A stretch of 64,000 nucleotides of DNA from an uncultured virus (IMG/VR IMGVR_UViG_3300015608_003726) (IMGVR_UViG_3300015608_003726); one strand, 5' to 3'. Counted from the first letter of the stretch, positions 52,163 through 61,816 are shown. The notes: generated from the letters alone by a model not told the origin. Program-made: numbers and translations.

Positions 52163-52608
52163 TATAATGCTCCAGGTATAAGATCTGTCATTCTCTTAAT
52201 TGCAGAAAGATCATTCGATTGTTGAGAAGTAAGGCCGCCAGTAGCTACCGTTATAGCCTGAACTGGCTGCTGATAGTTAACTCTTACAATATAAGATCCA
52301 TTTGTGTCCGTAAAAGGATCTCCTCCTCCATAAACAAGCAATACTCCATTGTTAACATTTAACGTATGATTTGCTTCTTGCGGTTTTATTCTCCAACCAT
52401 TCATCAAGAATGCATAAAGGGGAACCGAAGTTCCTGCTCCAGGATCAATAGGATCGCCTCCGGAAACTGAAAATGCTGTTTCCCACTTGCTGTTATCGCT
52501 CTGTAAAACCCAGTCCTTCCATCTGGAATATAAATCTTTTACATCGAGCGTTGTCGTACCCGAAGTAAGCGATATTACTTTTTGCGATCCATCAAAAGAG
52601 TATGCCAT
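52162..52608 (-). CDS. Putative virion appendage protein (148 aa)
   Basis: DVKDLYSRWKDW..NGWRI resembles the N-terminal domain of 58006..59907. Confidence 0.65.
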   Translation of the reverse strand: MAYSFDGSQKVISLTSGTTTLDVKDLYSRWKDWVLQSDNSKWETAFSVSGGDPIDPGAGTSVPLYAFLMNGWRIKPQEANHTLNVNNGVLLVYGGGDPFTDTNGSYIVRVNYQQPVQAITVATGGLTSQQSNDLSAIKRMTDLIPGAL

Positions 52609-52617
52609 ATCACCTAA

Positions 52618-55600
52618 TTACGCCGGATTTAAATAATTCCTATCTATAACTTGCTGAACTGGTATTGTTGAAGATTCTGATGTTAAAACATAAGGAATTG
52701 AAGTATATAAATATCCGTAATTCTGAATTACTATATTTACTGCAACATCTGTATAATAATCATATGTAAACGTATACGAAGTACCGCTCGAAGATGTTCC
52801 TCCTAAAGAAACTCCATCGGAAGTTCTTATAAATGATATTTTAGAATCCGTCTCTAATCCAGTAAGCGTAATAGAAGGATTTGTTTCTGGATATTTTGCT
52901 GTTTTATCGACAGTCGTAAAAATCATTAATCCGTCTATGTAACTTGTATAACTTGGTCCTAAAGCAAAACCGTTTGTAGCAGAATTCGTTGCCCTAGTTG
53001 TAACTCCGCTTCTTATTGTTTCGCCAGGAATAAAAGATCCTGTAATACTAGATATTCTAAGAGTACCAGTTGTTATTGTAGAAGAACCAGGTTCTTCATC
53101 GTCTACAATCGCCGTAGCTCCTGACGTAGCTCCGTTAATGGTTTCTCCTATAACAAATCTAGAAGAAAACGATGAATATTTCATAAAATTCGTTGCGGTT
53201 AATTTTATTTTTAAATAAAATCCAACATCTGGATCTGGAAGCGTTTCAGAAACAAGATTTTCAGGAATTGCCTCTACATACGCTCCATAACCAGAACCTG
53301 TATTTATTGCATATTCAACCTTAAGACCATATAATGTAGTAGCATCATTGCCCAAATCTACTCCGTTTGCTTTATACATTAGACCACGGAAGGCAGATAC
53401 ACCGTATATTTTATGCGGCCAAACATATTCTATAGAATCTCCTGCTGTTTCAAAATAAAGCCTTCCAGTATTTGCAAATTTAGGAGATCCAGACAAAACA
53501 GTATATGGAGGACTATCTGAAGAAGAAGCATTAAATGTAATCGATAACGCTCCTTTGGTTGTTCCTTGATATAATTCATTAAATATAGTATCATATATTG
53601 TTGTATACGCATTTGCAATTCCATCTGTAGTTGTAACCATAGTGCTAGTTGTTGCAGTTCCTGAAAGAGGAGAAAAAGATCCTCCAGAAACTCCTTTGCA
53701 TATAGTTCCTATATAATTATTATTAAAAGGTAAAGCATAAGAATTTGATCTAATATTTTGTAAAATTAATCCAGAGTTATTGTTTGTAGTACCCGAAGTT
53801 CCTCCGAATGGATAAACAGCTGCTGTTGCATTAAAAATATTTCTCACATCCCAATCATATAAATAATTATTATTACATAAGTTAGATAGTACAATAATAG
53901 AACTTGTCGAAGAGTTTCCGTAGTCTAATCCAACATCATATCCAATAAATTGATTGTCAGAAGATGCCGTTAAGCTTAATAATCCTGATGTTATTCCGCC
54001 GCCTATTTCTGTTAAATCTCTAAATACATTTCCGTTACTATTAGTAAAAATTTGCATCACTGTTGTAACGCTCATATGATTAGCTATTCTGTTTGAAACA
54101 GAAGGAGTAAATCCTGAAGAAGTTCCAACGTATATTTCATGCCACAATCCAGTAGCTATTGACCCGGTAAAGGCAATTCCCTGATTTTCACTTTCTCCTG
54201 CATTTCCTTTAGACCAGACCTGAAGCAAAGATGGCTCCGTAGCTCCTCCTGAAGCGGATGTTGTTGTTGTTGGAACATAAGCCAAAGCAGAAGATCCTGT
54301 ATATATGCAAGCAGGTCCTAATAATATACTTGATCCTGAATTTGTAATAGTAATTGTTGCTGTAGTAGAAACTCCTGTAGCCGTAAAAGTCACTGATATT
54401 CTTTGCCATTTCAAATTTGTCGTAAATGACTGAGTTGCTGTTCCAAAAGAAATACTACCTGCAACAGCAGTTTGAGGAGTAGCAATGTCTGATCTTACAT
54501 AAACAGAAAATGTATATTGAGTTCCTATTGACGTTGTAATAGACTGAGCAATCGTACCTCCGCCGCTAGTAGCCACTGCTCTGTCTGCCGTGTTTGTTAT
54601 GGCCGTTCCAAAATAAAGCTGAGTTGGAGCTATATCTTGGTTTGCAGTAATTGTAACGCTTGTTTTTGTCCAAGAAGCATTCGAAAAATCATCTGACTGT
54701 AAACATAAATTAGTAACAGAAGTAGCAGATCCTTGAGTATAACATTCTTGTTCTGCGGATTCTGTTCCTGTAGCAAAGTTTAAAGTACCAGAAACCGTTC
54801 CTGAATTAGCAACAGTAACTGTCATCGACGTATTAGTATCAACCGATTGTATCTGTGCATTTTGACCTATATTTGTTCCAAACACATACATACCGGCAAC
54901 AAGACCAAATGTAAGAGTAATACCAAGAACATCTTGAGTTAAATTATTTGATAAAGTAATCTGATAATAAGAATCAACGCTCGATACTGTTGTATTCGCA
55001 GGAACTCCGGTTCCTGTTACCGGCATGCCAGCAACTATTCCAGTAGTATCAAAGTTTGAACCAGTAGCTATGATAATATTCTTTCCAGACTTTCCTTTGC
55101 AATTCGTTATCGTAGCAACAGCATTAAAGTTTCCTGATGTAGTAACTGTTGTTGAACCGTTAGAACCTGAGCCAGTACCTCCTGCTATTCTTACATTATA
55201 TTTTCTTAAAACATAATAATATGTAGTTCCATTAGAAGGAGCTGCCAACAACAAACCTCCGTTATCTACAACAGAGACTGTTGCTGCTGTACCGTTCTGG
55301 TATAGTCTCGTAGTAGCGTCTCTTGTCGTAAAACCAGCAGATGTTCCTCTGTATATTTCATATACAACAGTAGCGGCAGAAGGAGCTCTTTGGGTCCATG
55401 TAAGAGTGTTAGATCCTGATCCTGTATTAATAACTCCAAAGTTAAATGGATGAAAAAGATCTGATCCTAAATAAGGAGTAGCAGAAACGACTCTGCTCTC
55501 TATATAACTTGAAGTGTTTGTCCAATCTTTAAATGTTCTTACTTTGAAATAGTATTTTGTACCATCTTGAAATTTTTGATTATTAACAGGATCATAACCA

Positions 55601-57978
55601 AAACGAGTTCCTGAAACATATGTTGTTCTTCCGGAAAACATTCCCTGAGAAGTTGTAAGTCCAGTAAACGTGTTATTATTGCATCTTATTAGGTTTGTTG
55701 CGGCACACCCATATATTTCCAAATCAGTAAAAGTACACTCAGAAACAGAATCTGACATATAAAGACCAAAAGAAGAGGATTTAGTAGGATGAAGACAGAA
55801 AATTCTTACTTTATCAAAAATAGCGTTCTGAGTAAACGAAAGAGTTAAAATACCTGAAACGGCAACGTTTCCTGTAATTGCTTGAGGATTGGATACGACA
55901 ATACTTAAATCTGTAATAGACGCATCAGATATATAACTCCAAGTTGCGTTATTACCAAATCTTCCTCTCCTTATTTGCCATGCGGAAGATCCGTAAAATA
56001 ATCTGTCTGGATTTAATCCCATACCAACAGATTCTATAATTAAAGAATACGTTTCGGCAATGAGCGGTATTATGGCAAATCCACAATTTTTTAAAGAACA
56101 GTTTTGAGCCTGAGTAAAATTGTTATAAGATTCTGAAAATATCGCCTTATCAACATATAAATTCCCGCCAGATGTTAATAATATGTTGGCGCTTAAAACA
56201 AGAGATGAAGTCTGAAGATTTGCTGGAGTTAAATCGTCTATCACTATATTAGGAACTTTAACTTTAGCTCCGCTTGGAACAACATTACCATTTACCCCAT
56301 CTCCAAAACGAATCGTAGAAGAAAGCTGAGAAGAATATGGATTATAAACTGTAAAAGTATTTGGACCTGCTGAAGATGTTGTTACCTGGTTTAGCTTTAA
56401 TACTGTAGAAGAAATTACCTGATCAACCACAGAGTTCGCAGCAATACCTGTTCCAGTTATTGATGCTCCGGCCACAACGCCTGTCGTAGACGTTACTGTT
56501 ACAAATTTAGATATACCAGAACTTCCTCCAGTGAGAGATAGTGGACCGCAATCAACAACAGTACCATACGCAGAAGAATTCGCATCTTGAGTAAAAAAAT
56601 TGCCTCTCGTATTCTTGCCTACTCCGCTTAAATTATCATATAAAAGATTTGGCATTTTTTCATATGAAGCCGTAACGTTATTCCAAATCTGATATATTCC
56701 AGTACTGCTTCCTGTTTCAACCCACACACAAGGACAATGATTTATATATGGCAGAGTCATTGTTTGATTGGAAGAACCATTGCCAGTACCTATTTCTATC
56801 CAATTACCTGATATATTTATTGTTCCAAGTCCGCTTGCTGGTGTAATAGAGTTTACTGTTGCTCCAGAAGTTCTTCCCATTGCAAATTGTATAGGAACAG
56901 AAGTCGAACTATTTGATATCGATAATGTACCATCATTAATTGTTATGGTTTTCCAAAATTTTGTTTGATTTGTATTAACGGTTATAGTAGCGCCATTATT
57001 AATTGTTAAAGTATCGCCAGAGCTCCACGGAATTGGCGTCTCGCATACAGATGTATAAGCAGCAGATGTAAGAGTTCTACCTGTCCAGCTTATGCCATCA
57101 TACGAAGTAGCCAAACCGTTTGTGGTTGCGTTTGTTATGGCAGCAAATAATTTTAATCCATTTGAATATGCTACGCTTGACCAGTTTCCTGATACTGGCA
57201 AAACTCTCTGAGTCCAATCTATTCCATTTGTCGAAGTTAATGCAACTGTACCGCCTGTCGAAACGGCAACAAAAGTACCATTTCCGTATGTTATTGATGT
57301 CCAGTTGCCAGTAACAGGCAGTGTAGTGCATGCGTTCCAGCTTTGGCCCCCATCCGTAGAGTAGGCCCCCTCAGTCGATCCATATCTTAATGCTACTAGT
57401 TTGCCGCCTCCTGCCGCAATACATCTCCAGTCTCCAGTTGAAGGTAAAGTCGCAGAATTCCATGTTTCTCCGTCAGTAGAATACGCAGCAGAAGTAGAAG
57501 AGCCACCAGATACTGCTGCAAAATTCCCATTCACTGAATCATATGCAACTCCGAGCCAGTTAGCAGAAGAAGGAAGAGTCCTGGATGTCCATGACAATCC
57601 ATCAGTAGATGACGCAGCGGCAGTAGACGACGTAGTTGAAACAACAACAAATTTACCTTCTCCAAAAGCAAGAGCAGACCACGCAGCAGTAGAAGGAAGA
57701 GCATTAGTTCCTGCTGTCCAAGTTGCAGAATCATATGTATAGTTTATGTCTCTGGTTCCTGAAGCAACTGCCACTGTAATAACGTTACCATTACCTGCAG
57801 TATCTCCGCTTTTAACAGCAGTCCATGAATTTGCTGCGGTTAATATAGTAGCAGTAACTGTCCATGTAATTCCGTCTATAGATACAGTTCTTGAACGAGA
57901 CGATGATATTACAGCAGTAAAAGCATTGCTTACCAACGAATCCATATTATTGCTTGTGTTTGCAACTATTGCTGCCAT
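52618..57978 (-). CDS. Large Ser/Thr/Gly-rich fibre/spike protein (1786 aa): Asp-box propeller, beta-helix-like, FN3 and CBM-like domains
   Basis: About seven repeats of W..V.YG.G.FVAV...S.DG..W; FN3-like YEIYRGT..NGTTYYY; NLCLQSDDFSNASW; ends DRNYLNPA. Confidence 0.75.
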   Translation of the reverse strand: MAAIVANTSNNMDSLVSNAFTAVISSSRSRTVSIDGITWTVTATILTAANSWTAVKSGDTAGNGNVITVAVASGTRDINYTYDSATWTAGTNALPSTAAWSALAFGEGKFVVVSTTSSTAAASSTDGLSWTSRTLPSSANWLGVAYDSVNGNFAAVSGGSSTSAAYSTDGETWNSATLPSTGDWRCIAAGGGKLVALRYGSTEGAYSTDGGQSWNACTTLPVTGNWTSITYGNGTFVAVSTGGTVALTSTNGIDWTQRVLPVSGNWSSVAYSNGLKLFAAITNATTNGLATSYDGISWTGRTLTSAAYTSVCETPIPWSSGDTLTINNGATITVNTNQTKFWKTITINDGTLSISNSSTSVPIQFAMGRTSGATVNSITPASGLGTINISGNWIEIGTGNGSSNQTMTLPYINHCPCVWVETGSSTGIYQIWNNVTASYEKMPNLLYDNLSGVGKNTRGNFFTQDANSSAYGTVVDCGPLSLTGGSSGISKFVTVTSTTGVVAGASITGTGIAANSVVDQVISSTVLKLNQVTTSSAGPNTFTVYNPYSSQLSSTIRFGDGVNGNVVPSGAKVKVPNIVIDDLTPANLQTSSLVLSANILLTSGGNLYVDKAIFSESYNNFTQAQNCSLKNCGFAIIPLIAETYSLIIESVGMGLNPDRLFYGSSAWQIRRGRFGNNATWSYISDASITDLSIVVSNPQAITGNVAVSGILTLSFTQNAIFDKVRIFCLHPTKSSSFGLYMSDSVSECTFTDLEIYGCAATNLIRCNNNTFTGLTTSQGMFSGRTTYVSGTRFGYDPVNNQKFQDGTKYYFKVRTFKDWTNTSSYIESRVVSATPYLGSDLFHPFNFGVINTGSGSNTLTWTQRAPSAATVVYEIYRGTSAGFTTRDATTRLYQNGTAATVSVVDNGGLLLAAPSNGTTYYYVLRKYNVRIAGGTGSGSNGSTTVTTSGNFNAVATITNCKGKSGKNIIIATGSNFDTTGIVAGMPVTGTGVPANTTVSSVDSYYQITLSNNLTQDVLGITLTFGLVAGMYVFGTNIGQNAQIQSVDTNTSMTVTVANSGTVSGTLNFATGTESAEQECYTQGSATSVTNLCLQSDDFSNASWTKTSVTITANQDIAPTQLYFGTAITNTADRAVATSGGGTIAQSITTSIGTQYTFSVYVRSDIATPQTAVAGSISFGTATQSFTTNLKWQRISVTFTATGVSTTATITITNSGSSILLGPACIYTGSSALAYVPTTTTSASGGATEPSLLQVWSKGNAGESENQGIAFTGSIATGLWHEIYVGTSSGFTPSVSNRIANHMSVTTVMQIFTNSNGNVFRDLTEIGGGITSGLLSLTASSDNQFIGYDVGLDYGNSSTSSIIVLSNLCNNNYLYDWDVRNIFNATAAVYPFGGTSGTTNNNSGLILQNIRSNSYALPFNNNYIGTICKGVSGGSFSPLSGTATTSTMVTTTDGIANAYTTIYDTIFNELYQGTTKGALSITFNASSSDSPPYTVLSGSPKFANTGRLYFETAGDSIEYVWPHKIYGVSAFRGLMYKANGVDLGNDATTLYGLKVEYAINTGSGYGAYVEAIPENLVSETLPDPDVGFYLKIKLTATNFMKYSSFSSRFVIGETINGATSGATAIVDDEEPGSSTITTGTLRISSITGSFIPGETIRSGVTTRATNSATNGFALGPSYTSYIDGLMIFTTVDKTAKYPETNPSITLTGLETDSKISFIRTSDGVSLGGTSSSGTSYTFTYDYYTDVAVNIVIQNYGYLYTSIPYVLTSESSTIPVQQVIDRNYLNPA

Positions 57979-57987
57979 ATATTATAC

Positions 57988-57994
57988 TATCGTC
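57988..57994 (-). promoter_or_regulatory. GACGATA box 9 nt upstream of an ATG lacking an SD (representative copy of a recurring motif)
   Basis: The same G[A/T]CGATA lies 7-9 nt before the ATGs at 22404, 48094 and 49704. Confidence 0.55.
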
Positions 57995-58005
57995 CTAAAA
58001 ATATT

Positions 58006-59907
58006 TTAATTTGAATAGTTACGTTCAAGAGGAGCGACAAGAGAAATACTATTTGCAGTTGATCTGGAAATAGTTCCTGTTGCTTTTACATACTGACCTG
58101 TATTCAAACCAATTCCAATTGCTGTTATAGCGGCATCAACTGCTGCAGTTCTTCCGCCCTGAACATTTCCGTCGTAGTTAAATGTTAACTGTATGCTCGT
58201 TTGAGCAGAAACAGTAGCCGTCATATTATTACCATCATTGTCTTCTACTAATAATGCGTTTGCGCTTCCAAACGGATTAAATTGAATTGTAACAGAAGAT
58301 CCTGCAGATTCATTTGCAAAGTTAGAATCTCCAGTATCAGCTTTTTCTACCGCGACAGATCCAGTAATTCCACCTGCCGTCGCTCTATAAAGTCCGTTAT
58401 TTGCAGACGTTGCAAATCCTGTTACATAAAATTCTTCATTATCTAAAACTTGAGATAAATCTGTTGTTGTGCTTGTAAGCGTTGCATTTTGTCCTGAAGC
58501 GCTTGTAATAGCAAAACCAGTATTTGTTGCAGAATGTGTGTAAGTAAAATATATCCAATATTTAGAATCAGAATCTCCTTCTAGGTTATCTCCAAAGTTA
58601 ATAGTAAGAACGGCAACGTAGGGGAATGTTCTCTTCGTTCCTCCATTATCGTAAAACTCTATTCTGTTTGTGTCGTTCGAGCTAAATCCTTCAATAATAA
58701 CTCCTGATCCTCCTCCGTTAGGATTACTAGGAGCAGGACTTCCGCAAACCAATGTATCTCCTACGAATTTCATAAGAGCATCTGCTGTCTTGCCTGTAAC
58801 AGATTGATCAGTTGAGTCTATATCAGAATTCTGCCTAAGCAAATATTGTACTTTTGTATAAATCTGTTCTGCTGTTGCTGTTACAGGAGTTGCTCTCTGT
58901 AGAGTAAAACTCTGATTGCTTAAAGTGTTAGCAAATGTAGTTGTAATAGGTACTGCTGTAGCGCTTATTATTGTTCCTATAGTATATGTACCTGCGTTTG
59001 CTCCTTCGTGAATTGTTAGAGTTCCGCCATCATATGTTCCGTCAGTAGGAATTCCTCCTTCAGAAGAAGTTAAGCTGCTTCCTGAAGAAGAACAAGATCC
59101 ATCAACACCAGAATGAGTTCCAACATCAACAACAATACCGAAGTTTCTATCTGTTGTAGAATCTACATCTCTCGAAAAAGCCTGATCAAAATATCTTACT
59201 TTAATAGCAGTATAAGGAGAATCTGCTGCTACAGAAACGTCCGCAGCAGTAATCTTAAGATCGTCTCCTGTAGATATAGGGAAACGATAGGCAATAGAGT
59301 CCATCGTAGTTACACCGATGTCGCTTAAGCTCGATTTTCCATAAAGTTGTTGATATTCTCTAACAAACAAATTAAATACAGTTCTTCTATCAAAATCAGA
59401 TCCTTCGGCATAATTTCCGTCTCCGTCATCGTCTCTTAGTATCTGAACCGCCTGATTCACCTGTCCCTGTAACTGAACGTTGGCAGCAGAACCTCCTGAA
59501 GATTGCTGGTAATAAATCTGATCGTTTGATTCTATTGTACCTAATCCTATAATACCTGCCCATTTTTGAGTAACACTTCCAGATATATTCTTAACTGTCC
59601 ATCCAGCAGTTCTAATAAGGTATCTACTGTTATCAGAATTAAAATCCCATCCATCAATAAATTCAAATGATTCATCGGTAATAGGCGTCATAGGAAACGG
59701 GAATGCTGCTAAATTTTTACTATTAGGATCGTTACGCCATTCTTCTTTCAAAAAAGAATAAAGACACTTAAGGGTAACTCCGTCAGTAGATAAGTTTCCT
59801 GTTTGATTTAATTTTATTGTTTTTGCTGCAGTATCTATAAAAACTTCTGTTGCTGTATTATTGCTTGCGTGATCATTTAGATTATCAGGATCGGTAATTA
59901 ATGCCAT
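58006..59907 (-). CDS. Putative virion appendage protein (633 aa)
   Basis: GGAG RBS, Thr/Ser/Gly-rich, DGVTLKCLYSFLKEEW domain, ends ERNYSN. Confidence 0.7.
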   Translation of the reverse strand: MALITDPDNLNDHASNNTATEVFIDTAAKTIKLNQTGNLSTDGVTLKCLYSFLKEEWRNDPNSKNLAAFPFPMTPITDESFEFIDGWDFNSDNSRYLIRTAGWTVKNISGSVTQKWAGIIGLGTIESNDQIYYQQSSGGSAANVQLQGQVNQAVQILRDDDGDGNYAEGSDFDRRTVFNLFVREYQQLYGKSSLSDIGVTTMDSIAYRFPISTGDDLKITAADVSVAADSPYTAIKVRYFDQAFSRDVDSTTDRNFGIVVDVGTHSGVDGSCSSSGSSLTSSEGGIPTDGTYDGGTLTIHEGANAGTYTIGTIISATAVPITTTFANTLSNQSFTLQRATPVTATAEQIYTKVQYLLRQNSDIDSTDQSVTGKTADALMKFVGDTLVCGSPAPSNPNGGGSGVIIEGFSSNDTNRIEFYDNGGTKRTFPYVAVLTINFGDNLEGDSDSKYWIYFTYTHSATNTGFAITSASGQNATLTSTTTDLSQVLDNEEFYVTGFATSANNGLYRATAGGITGSVAVEKADTGDSNFANESAGSSVTIQFNPFGSANALLVEDNDGNNMTATVSAQTSIQLTFNYDGNVQGGRTAAVDAAITAIGIGLNTGQYVKATGTISRSTANSISLVAPLERNYSN

Positions 59908-59917
59908 ATAAACTCCA

Positions 59918-60070
59918 ATGAATTACCCAACCACTAAAGATGGTTGGGTTTCTTCCTTCGCAGAACCCCGCTTACTCAAGGTGTTCTCCAGAAGCTTTAA
60001 TTCGGTGCGTTCCGCCCCTACATTATTATAATGCAATCCATACATCTTTATATTCTTTGCTGCATTTATG
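59918..60070 (-). ncRNA. Predicted TnpB omega-RNA (reRNA) scaffold overlapping the tnpB 3' end; 5' boundary approximate
   Basis: Established architecture of IS200/IS605 TnpB loci plus the visible right-end hairpin; structure not modelled. Confidence 0.6.
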
Positions 60071-61134
60071 TCTCGGTCATGCTTTGCATGACAACTATCA
60101 CATTCCCACTCTCTTATATCTAAAGTCAAATCACTCTTTATCCAACCACAGTTAGAACATGTTTTACTACTAGGAACAAATCTTCCTATTCTAACTATAT
60201 TCACACCTTTCCAAAGAGCTTTGTACTCTAGAAACTCATTGAACTTACTCCAACTACAATCTACTATAGCTTGAGCTAATTTGTGATTCCTCACCATGTT
60301 TTCTACACTTAAATCCTCTAAACAGATAGTTTGATTCTCACTAACTAATTTAGAAGATAATTTATGCAGAAAATCAATCCTTAAATTATGAATGTGTTCA
60401 TGCAGCTTTGCTACTCTAAGATTAGCTTTCTTTCTGTTGTTGCTCCCTTTCTGCTTCTTCGAAGCTTGTTTCTGTAGTTTCTTCAATCGATTCATATGGT
60501 TCCTAAGATACTTGGGATTAGAAACTTTTTCTCCGTTACTGGTTATTAAGAAATCCTTAATACCCAAATCAACACCAATTGATGTTTCTTCACTTATCTT
60601 ACACTTCTTAGGAATCTCTATCCCAGTATCTACTAGAATACTGATGAAATACTTCCCTGTTGGAGTTCTTGAAATGGTAGACGATTTAATAGTCCCTTCT
60701 GGTTTTCTGTCTACTATGAATTTAATGCCCTTTATCTTAGGTACTGAAACTCTCTGAGTCTCCCAATCAACCTTCGTATTCTGAGGAACAGAAAAAGACT
60801 GTTTTGAATAGTGTTTACTTTTGAATTTAGGAAAGCCTTTCTTTTCTCTGAAGAACCTTACGAAAGCATTATCCATATGTTCCAAAGCTGCTTGTAGTGA
60901 TTGAGAGTTCACTTCCTTTAACCACTGAGTTTCTTCTGCCTTCTTCAGACCTGGAAGGTCTGCCTGGATTTGGAATCTAGATAATTTAGTTTGGTCTTGT
61001 GCATAAGCTTTAGTTTTCTTTTCTAGAGCATAGTTATAGATCCATCTACAGGAACCGATGTGTTTATTAATAATCTGTTCTTGGTCTTTGGTAGGATAGA
61101 GTCTGTATTTATAAGCTCTATATATTGTTTCCAT
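59923..61134 (-). CDS. tnpB: TnpB RNA-guided endonuclease
   Basis: AYKYRLYPT HTH; RuvC-I GVDLGIK; RuvC-II ICLEDL; Zn finger CSNC/CDSC; RuvC-III DRDINAA. All three acidic catalytic residues are present. Confidence 0.97.
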   Translation of the reverse strand: METIYRAYKYRLYPTKDQEQIINKHIGSCRWIYNYALEKKTKAYAQDQTKLSRFQIQADLPGLKKAEETQWLKEVNSQSLQAALEHMDNAFVRFFREKKGFPKFKSKHYSKQSFSVPQNTKVDWETQRVSVPKIKGIKFIVDRKPEGTIKSSTISRTPTGKYFISILVDTGIEIPKKCKISEETSIGVDLGIKDFLITSNGEKVSNPKYLRNHMNRLKKLQKQASKKQKGSNNRKKANLRVAKLHEHIHNLRIDFLHKLSSKLVSENQTICLEDLSVENMVRNHKLAQAIVDCSWSKFNEFLEYKALWKGVNIVRIGRFVPSSKTCSNCGWIKSDLTLDIREWECDSCHAKHDRDINAAKNIKMYGLHYNNVGAERTELKLLENTLSKRGSAKEETQPSLVVG

Positions 61135-61341
61135 GTATGTATATACTGAAACATTTTAGAGAACTCATTTGAAAATTCTAAAAATATTTGTATAATTTAC
61201 TGAAGAGCCAATTCATCCCCTACACTAAAGATGTAGGGGATTTCTTGGCTCAATCCAATTAAAATCTATCTATAAATACAATTAATATTTATATTATTTC
61301 AATCAAAATACCTTTATATCTACTATTGACAAAGAAAAATT

Positions 61342-61677
61342 TTACAATATAGTAATACTCGAAAGCCTCCCGTCTACATCATATTCAAATAATTTAGAAA
61401 CATAAACTCCTGTTCCTATAATTTGATGTAATGTTCCATCTACATTATATTGTAATGTTTTTGTACCCTGAGCATCTGATATTAAATACAACTGACCATC
61501 TATATTATAAGAAAATGTTTTAGATAACTCAACAGATCCTCCAGAAACAGAAATAGTTCCATTTTTCCATTTTTCTGAAGACAAATCATATATAAGTACA
61601 TTATTATTTTGTAAACTACTAAAAGATACATCGCCAAGTTGACTAAGTTGATCTATTACTCTAATACCAGATATCAT
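61342..61677 (-). CDS. Small fibre-associated protein with YD-like repeats (111 aa)
   Basis: Fibre motif LSQLGDV..VLIYD...KWKN; YNIDGQL / YNVDGTL / YDVDGRL; AGGA RBS. Confidence 0.7.
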   Translation of the reverse strand: MISGIRVIDQLSQLGDVSFSSLQNNNVLIYDLSSEKWKNGTISVSGGSVELSKTFSYNIDGQLYLISDAQGTKTLQYNVDGTLHQIIGTGVYVSKLFEYDVDGRLSSITIL

Positions 61678-61698
61678 AAAATATCCTATTTATTTTAA

Positions 61699-61795
61699 CG
61701 AACGTAAAACCCCATATCTTTAGAATTTGGATACAAGCGAGAATTGGAATACAAGCGAGAATTTTTAACTTTTTCAGTAAACATTAGTCGATAAT
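61699..61795 (+). mobile_element. Possible decayed IS200/IS605-type end with a 17-18 bp tandem duplication
   Basis: ttttaa|cgaacgtaaaaccccatATCTTTAGaatttggatacaagcga has the same TCTTTAG loop as the intact element but a broken stem; ttgga(a)tacaagcgagaa is duplicated at 61727-61761. Confidence 0.4.
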
Positions 61796-61816
61796 AAATA
61801 AATCTGAGAGAGGATG

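Larger units (their letters stand above)
59918..61258 (-). mobile_element. IS200/IS605-family element, tnpB-only (IS1341-like, non-autonomous)
   Basis: tnpB flanked by two subterminal hairpins sharing the loop ctaaaga (59925-59949; 61215-61241, extended by gagccaa/ttggctc at 61205-61251). The right end finishes TTCAT. The left boundary is tentatively placed after TTTAA. No tnpA is present. Confidence 0.85.

Noticed and set aside
59918..61800. CRISPR-Cas12f-like system around tnpB
   Set aside because: No repeat-spacer array is visible. The 17-18 bp duplication has no spacer, and the hairpins are IS200/IS605-type ends.
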